A DNA stretch of 64,000 nucleotides, from the IMG/VR virus record IMGVR_UViG_3300045107_000066, one strand, 5' to 3'. Source of the stretch: an uncultured virus (IMG/VR IMGVR_UViG_3300045107_000066). Lineage: Duplodnaviria > Heunggongvirae > Uroviricota > Caudoviricetes. Below the pieces are notes generated by a model. That model was not told where the DNA came from. It did no database searches and saw only the letters and a list, made by a program, of their open reading frames with translations. Shown in pieces: positions 61,141-64,000 of this stretch (the stretch's first letter is position 1; each line of letters starts with the position of its first letter). The position numbers and the translations under genes are program-made.

Positions 61141-61492
61141 ATTTATCGACTAGCGGAAATTCACGCCTTTGGCACCGCCGATTGAGTGCCCGCCGCTCTT
61201 TCTGGTGGTCATCGCTTGCCACAGACTTATTGCTTCTGGCTTTCGTCTGCTTGGCTCGCACCAGTCCTTCGTTTGCGGAATTTGCGCTTACAGCTTTACC
61301 CAGACCCTCTCGAATCTGGAACCGCCAACTCACTACCAACTTCGGGTCGTCCCTCGTTGTATCGACACTTCACGCAGAAGAGAGGTTCGGTACTTTCCCA
61401 ATCTTCTTTCGTGATTCCGTTGCCTTGTTTCACAATCACCCGGCAGCCGTTACACAGGATCGCTCCCTTGCCGCCGTTGAACTTCTTGATCC

Positions 61493-61894
61493 TCACCACC
61501 TGTACTTCCGGTCGTTCCATACCTTGTCTTCCAAGACGATGTTGCAGTTCAGGCACTTCGCCATGTTCCCGTTCCGCACCGGCGTTTTAGCACAGAAAGG
61601 ACACGGGTACAAGTACAACTTACGCTTGGCCTCTTCCTCGGCCCACTTCCTTTTGACTTCCTTGTAATTGATCCCGGCGTCCTCGTGGACCGGCACTAAC
61701 GTCGCCGACCCCAGGCCGAACTCGCCATCGACGTACTTCTCGATGTACTCGTCGGCTTCCTCCTCGGTGTCGAAGAAGATGTCCCGCTCGTCCTTGCCGG
61801 AGCCGTAAGTCGCCTCGCTGGTGCTGACGACTTCGCCCCTCTCGTAGTGGTTGATCGAAACCATCCACTTCTCGACGATTTTCCTTTCGCTCAT
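61493..61894 (-). CDS. hypothetical protein with C-terminal Zn ribbon
   Basis: AGGAG RBS before MSERKIV; PCPFC...CLNC. Confidence 0.7.
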   Translation of the reverse strand: MSERKIVEKWMVSINHYERGEVVSTSEATYGSGKDERDIFFDTEEEADEYIEKYVDGEFGLGSATLVPVHEDAGINYKEVKRKWAEEEAKRKLYLYPCPFCAKTPVRNGNMAKCLNCNIVLEDKVWNDRKYRW

Positions 61895-61909
61895 GGCGAA
61901 CTCCTTAAG

Positions 61910-61984
61910 TCGGGGAGACAGGATTTGAACCTGCGACCTCTTGTATCCGAAACAAGCGGGAACTCCAAGCTTCCCCACTCCCCG
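61910..61984 (-). tRNA. tRNA-Pro(CGG)
   Basis: CTTGT-TTCGGAT-ACAAG. Confidence 0.92.
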
Positions 61985-62034
61985 ATGAGATGTTTTACGA
62001 CATCGCTGTCGGCCAGTAATCGACTGGCGGCGAG

Positions 62035-62109
62035 TCAGGGCGGGCGGATTCGAACCGCCGATCTCTTGCATCCCGAGCAAGCGGATTAACCAAGCTTTCC
62101 CACGCCCTG
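62035..62109 (-). tRNA. tRNA-Pro(GGG)
   Basis: CTTGC-TCGGGAT-GCAAG. Confidence 0.9.
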
Positions 62110-62118
62110 ATAGCGGAG

Positions 62119-62191
62119 TCTGGGTGGTGGGACTCGAACCCACGATTACCGGCTTCCGACGCCGGGAGGATAGCCACTTCCGCACACCCAG
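62119..62191 (-). tRNA. tRNA-Pro(CGG)
   Basis: CCGGC-GTCGGAA-GCCGG. Confidence 0.85.
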
Positions 62192-62197
62192 ATTGAG

Positions 62198-62278
62198 CAG
62201 ACCCGTGAGGAATCGAACCCCATAGCACAAAGGCAGTGGTTTTGGAGGCCACAGCAGTTCCCAGACTGCACCGGGTCT
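62198..62278 (-). tRNA. tRNA-Trp(CCA), non-canonical (5-bp D stem, long variable region)
   Basis: GCAGT-CTGGGA-ACTGC D arm; CTCCAAA loop; 13-nt variable region; G73. Confidence 0.7.
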
Positions 62279-62283
62279 ATCAG

Positions 62284-62351
62284 TGGAGTAGAGGGGAGTT
62301 GAACCCCTTATCCGTGCTTGCAAGGCACAGAGCTTACCCGTAAGCTACCCC
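62284..62351 (-). tRNA. tRNA-Ala(TGC) with reduced D arm
   Basis: G3:U70; TGTGC-CTTGCAA-GCACG; 68 nt. Confidence 0.75.
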
Positions 62352-62494
62352 GTCAAAGAAAAGGTGTTCTCGGCTGGTTAAACTAACTCACTTTCCACAA
62401 GCCGCCACGCTTGCGGTTCATCCCTTTCGGGGGCTGCGAGTGCTGGCTGACCATCCCCAGCAATTCCACCCTAACCTGGGTGGCGTTTTTTAAG

Positions 62495-62568
62495 TCGGGC
62501 TACAAGGAGTTGAACCTTGACCTACGCTTTATCAGAGCGTCGTGCAGAAGCCGCTACACCATAGCCCG
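62495..62568 (-). tRNA. tRNA-Ile(GAT)
   Basis: ACGCT-CTGATAA-AGCGT. Confidence 0.92.
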
Positions 62569-62576
62569 TTCTCAAG

Positions 62577-62651
62577 TCGGCCCACCTGGAATCGAACCAG
62601 GACTTGCTGCTTATCAGACAGCCGTGCAGTAAACCACTACACTATGGGCCG
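62577..62651 (-). tRNA. tRNA-Ile(GAT)
   Basis: GCTGT-CTGATAA-GCAGC. Confidence 0.92.
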
Positions 62652-62652
62652 G

Positions 62653-62728
62653 TGGTGGGGAAGGAAGGACTCTCACCTTCAGCAGCAATGAACATGCTGC
62701 CATTCTGTTACGCCGAATCTTGCTCCCC
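62653..62728 (-). ncRNA. tRNA-like RNA with encoded CCA and atypical arms
   Basis: GGGGAG/TTCCCC-A-CCA; GCAGCA-TGTTCAT-TGCTGC; T loop TGAGAGT. Confidence 0.5.
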
Positions 62729-62748
62729 ATGTTCCTCTTTCGAGGAAG

Positions 62749-62821
62749 GGTGTGCGAGGAGGATTGAACTCCCACTTACTGCTCCACAAACAGTCGTGCA
62801 GACCACTACACTACGCACACC
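62749..62821 (-). tRNA. tRNA-His(GTG)
   Basis: G-1:C73; ACTGT-TTGTGGA-GCAGT. Confidence 0.92.
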
Positions 62822-62850
62822 ATCAATCTGTAAGATTCTCATCTTACAAG

Positions 62851-62925
62851 GGTGGTCGAGGGGAGTCGAACCCCCACTTCCTGATTCACAGTCAGGCGTG
62901 CAGAAACCGCTACACTACGACCACC
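62851..62925 (-). tRNA. tRNA-His(GTG)
   Basis: G-1:C73; CCTGA-CTGTGAA-TCAGG. Confidence 0.94.
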
Positions 62926-62931
62926 ATAAAG

Positions 62932-63002
62932 TCGGCGATAGAAGAATCGAACTTCTGTTTCCTGCGTGTCATGCAGATGTCCTACCATTGAACGAATCGC
63001 CG
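62932..63002 (-). tRNA. tRNA-Val(GAC)
   Basis: TCTGC-ATGACAC-GCAGG. Confidence 0.9.
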
Positions 63003-63007
63003 TTCAG

Positions 63008-63075
63008 TCCCCCGCACAGGTGTCGAGCCTGTTAGCCGTGGTTCGAAGCCACAGTACCGAGCCGTCGGGCAGGGG
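63008..63075 (-). tRNA. tRNA-Arg(TCG) with reduced D arm
   Basis: TGTGG-CTTCGAA-CCACG; CCGA-CGGC-TCGG; 68 nt. Confidence 0.65.
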
Positions 63076-63131
63076 ATACAGGCCGAACCTCGACATCATG
63101 CCGGGTTCGGCCGTATTACGTTTCTCACCGA

Positions 63132-63167
63132 GTTGTCAAAGACCCACCCGCCGGGTTAGGGCAGGCG
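63132..63167 (-). promoter_or_regulatory. rRNA-leader-type boxB hairpin plus boxA-like antitermination site
   Basis: CGCCTGCC/GGCGGGTG hairpin immediately followed by GGTCTTTGACAAC. Confidence 0.65.
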
Positions 63168-63174
63168 TTTCAAG

Positions 63175-63245
63175 TATCCCGTACAGGAGTCGAACCTGTT
63201 CTTGCAGCTTCGGAGGCTACCGTGCTTCCAGCACACTCACGGGAC
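63175..63245 (-). tRNA. tRNA-Arg(CCG)
   Basis: GTAGC-CTCCGAA-GCTGC. Confidence 0.92.
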
Positions 63246-63259
63246 ATCTTCACTAACAG

Positions 63260-63331
63260 TATCTCGTGCAGGAGTCGAACCTGCTCTTACAGTTTCGTAG
63301 ACTGTCGTGCTATCCATCACACCCACGAGAC
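63260..63331 (-). tRNA. tRNA-Arg(ACG)
   Basis: ACAGT-CTACGAA-ACTGT. Confidence 0.93.
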
Positions 63332-63342
63332 ATCTCTAACAG

Positions 63343-63410
63343 TACCCTGTGAAGGAGTCGAACCTTCTGTCCGGGTTTCGTAGACCCAGCACCCAGCCGT
63401 AGGACAGGGC
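63343..63410 (-). tRNA. tRNA-Arg(ACG) with reduced D arm
   Basis: TGGGT-CTACGAA-ACCCG; CCTA-CGGC-TGGG; 68 nt. Confidence 0.7.
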
Positions 63411-63454
63411 ATCCGCTCGCCGCAACCAGTCGGTGTCACGTCACCGACAAACGC

Positions 63455-63554
63455 AAAAACGGGATCGGCTCAGGCAATCATAACTCTTGCCTGAGCCGAT
63501 CCCGTTTTGGTGATCTCTTTGGCTCAGGCTTTGGCTTTTTAGCCACCCTGAGCC
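63455..63554 (-). promoter_or_regulatory. transcription attenuator (alternative hairpins plus terminator)
   Basis: Four segments GGCTCAGG / GCCTGAGCC / GGCTCAGGC / GCCTGAGCC; the 3:4 stem is ~22 bp and ends in TTTTT. Confidence 0.75.
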
Positions 63555-63564
63555 GTCTATGCGG

Positions 63565-63708
63565 TCACTCAGAGTAGCGGGCGATGGTATCCCAACCTTG
63601 CTTCTCGACACGATGTCCCTGTTCGGGATTCGTAATGCGAGGGCACGGGCGCACGTTGGCCGTATTGGCTTTCCGCTGCATCGCTACTCTCTGGGTGAAG
63701 GTAAACAT
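63565..63708 (-). CDS. putative attenuator leader peptide (47 aa)
   Basis: MFTFTQRVAMQRKANTANVRPCPRITNPEQGHRVEKQGWDTIARYSE; stop codon ~10 nt before segment 1. Confidence 0.55.
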   Translation of the reverse strand: MFTFTQRVAMQRKANTANVRPCPRITNPEQGHRVEKQGWDTIARYSE

Positions 63709-63750
63709 TTGATTCTCTAGTTCTCTGTCGCAACGAGCGACAGGGTTAAG

Positions 63751-63826
63751 TGCGGGGTGCAGGATTTGAACCTGCGATCTCTTGGTTATGAGCCAAGTGA
63801 GATGGGCCAGACTTCTCCAACCCCGT
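63751..63826 (-). tRNA. tRNA-Met(CAT), initiator-like
   Basis: A1xC72 mismatch, CGGGG acceptor, CTTGG-CTCATAA-CCAAG. Confidence 0.85.
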
Positions 63827-63832
63827 GCATGT

Positions 63833-63860
63833 ATATTAGCGATCCCTTTTCTTTTTGCAA
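63833..63860 (-). promoter_or_regulatory. sigma70-type promoter of the tRNA operon
   Basis: TTGCAA-17 nt-TAATAT ending 6 nt upstream of tRNA-fMet. Confidence 0.75.
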
Positions 63861-64000
63861 CACCATTTCCGATTTTTGTCGAAAATGTTTCGGGATCAGG
63901 TTGCCGTGCGTCGTTCATCTCCGTCGCACACCACTATAGACGCCGCCGGTTCGGGGAGGTTCGCACCTTTTCCGAAAAAATTCCAGACGGTGCTTTGGGC

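Noticed and set aside
61895..62323. N-terminal extension of the 276-aa ORF 61493..62323
   Set aside because: It runs through five tRNA genes; an RBS supports the start at 61894
62360..62490. c-di-GMP or c-di-AMP riboswitch
   Set aside because: It has a GAAA-capped hairpin but lacks the other consensus elements and precedes a tRNA rather than an ORF
1..64000. CRISPR array or cas genes
   Set aside because: No regularly spaced 25-45-bp direct repeats were seen; the recurring GGTTCGA-type motifs are tRNA T loops
1..64000. Stop-codon reassignment (alternative genetic code)
   Set aside because: Recognisable proteins are full length in the standard code, TAG/TGA/TAA all end genes at expected positions, and there is no canonical suppressor tRNA

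Overview
This window looks like part of a large tailed-phage (jumbo, T4-like) genome. The host is probably a planctomycete, inferred from PEP-CTERM, LCCL and Gly/Cys-rich secreted proteins. From left to right it holds: (1) a ~9 kb sugar-nucleotide/glycan-modification cluster (DegT aminotransferase, sulfotransferase-like protein, carbamoyltransferase, glycosyltransferase-like proteins, two SDR dehydratases, UDP-galactopyranose mutase); (2) a long, mostly minus-strand run of small accessory ORFs with translation/tRNA-maintenance genes (catalytic-domain-only GluRS/GluQ-like, YqeY, CCA-adding enzyme, Pth2, NADAR, OB-fold tRNA-binding protein) and a Gdx/SugE exporter behind a guanidine-II riboswitch; (3) a very large minus-strand tRNA array of about 55 genes with readable anticodons, almost none encoding CCA, mixed with HNH genes, about a dozen non-canonical tRNA-like RNAs and several structured spacer RNAs. 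The array starts with a sigma70 promoter, an initiator-like tRNA, a leader-peptide 1-2-3-4 attenuator and an rRNA-type boxB/boxA. The strongest novel signals are: a DIP1984-like coiled-coil gene followed by a stem-closed RNA with ~7-nt periodic repeats; three tRNA-linked ncRNAs sharing a stem-AUGCU...CU(G/C)G-stem motif; a shared C-terminal WxxxGF-stop motif in six unrelated reading frames; tRNAs pairing class I anticodons with long variable arms; and tRNA mimics with broken anticodon loops. All structures were folded by eye and no database searches were run.
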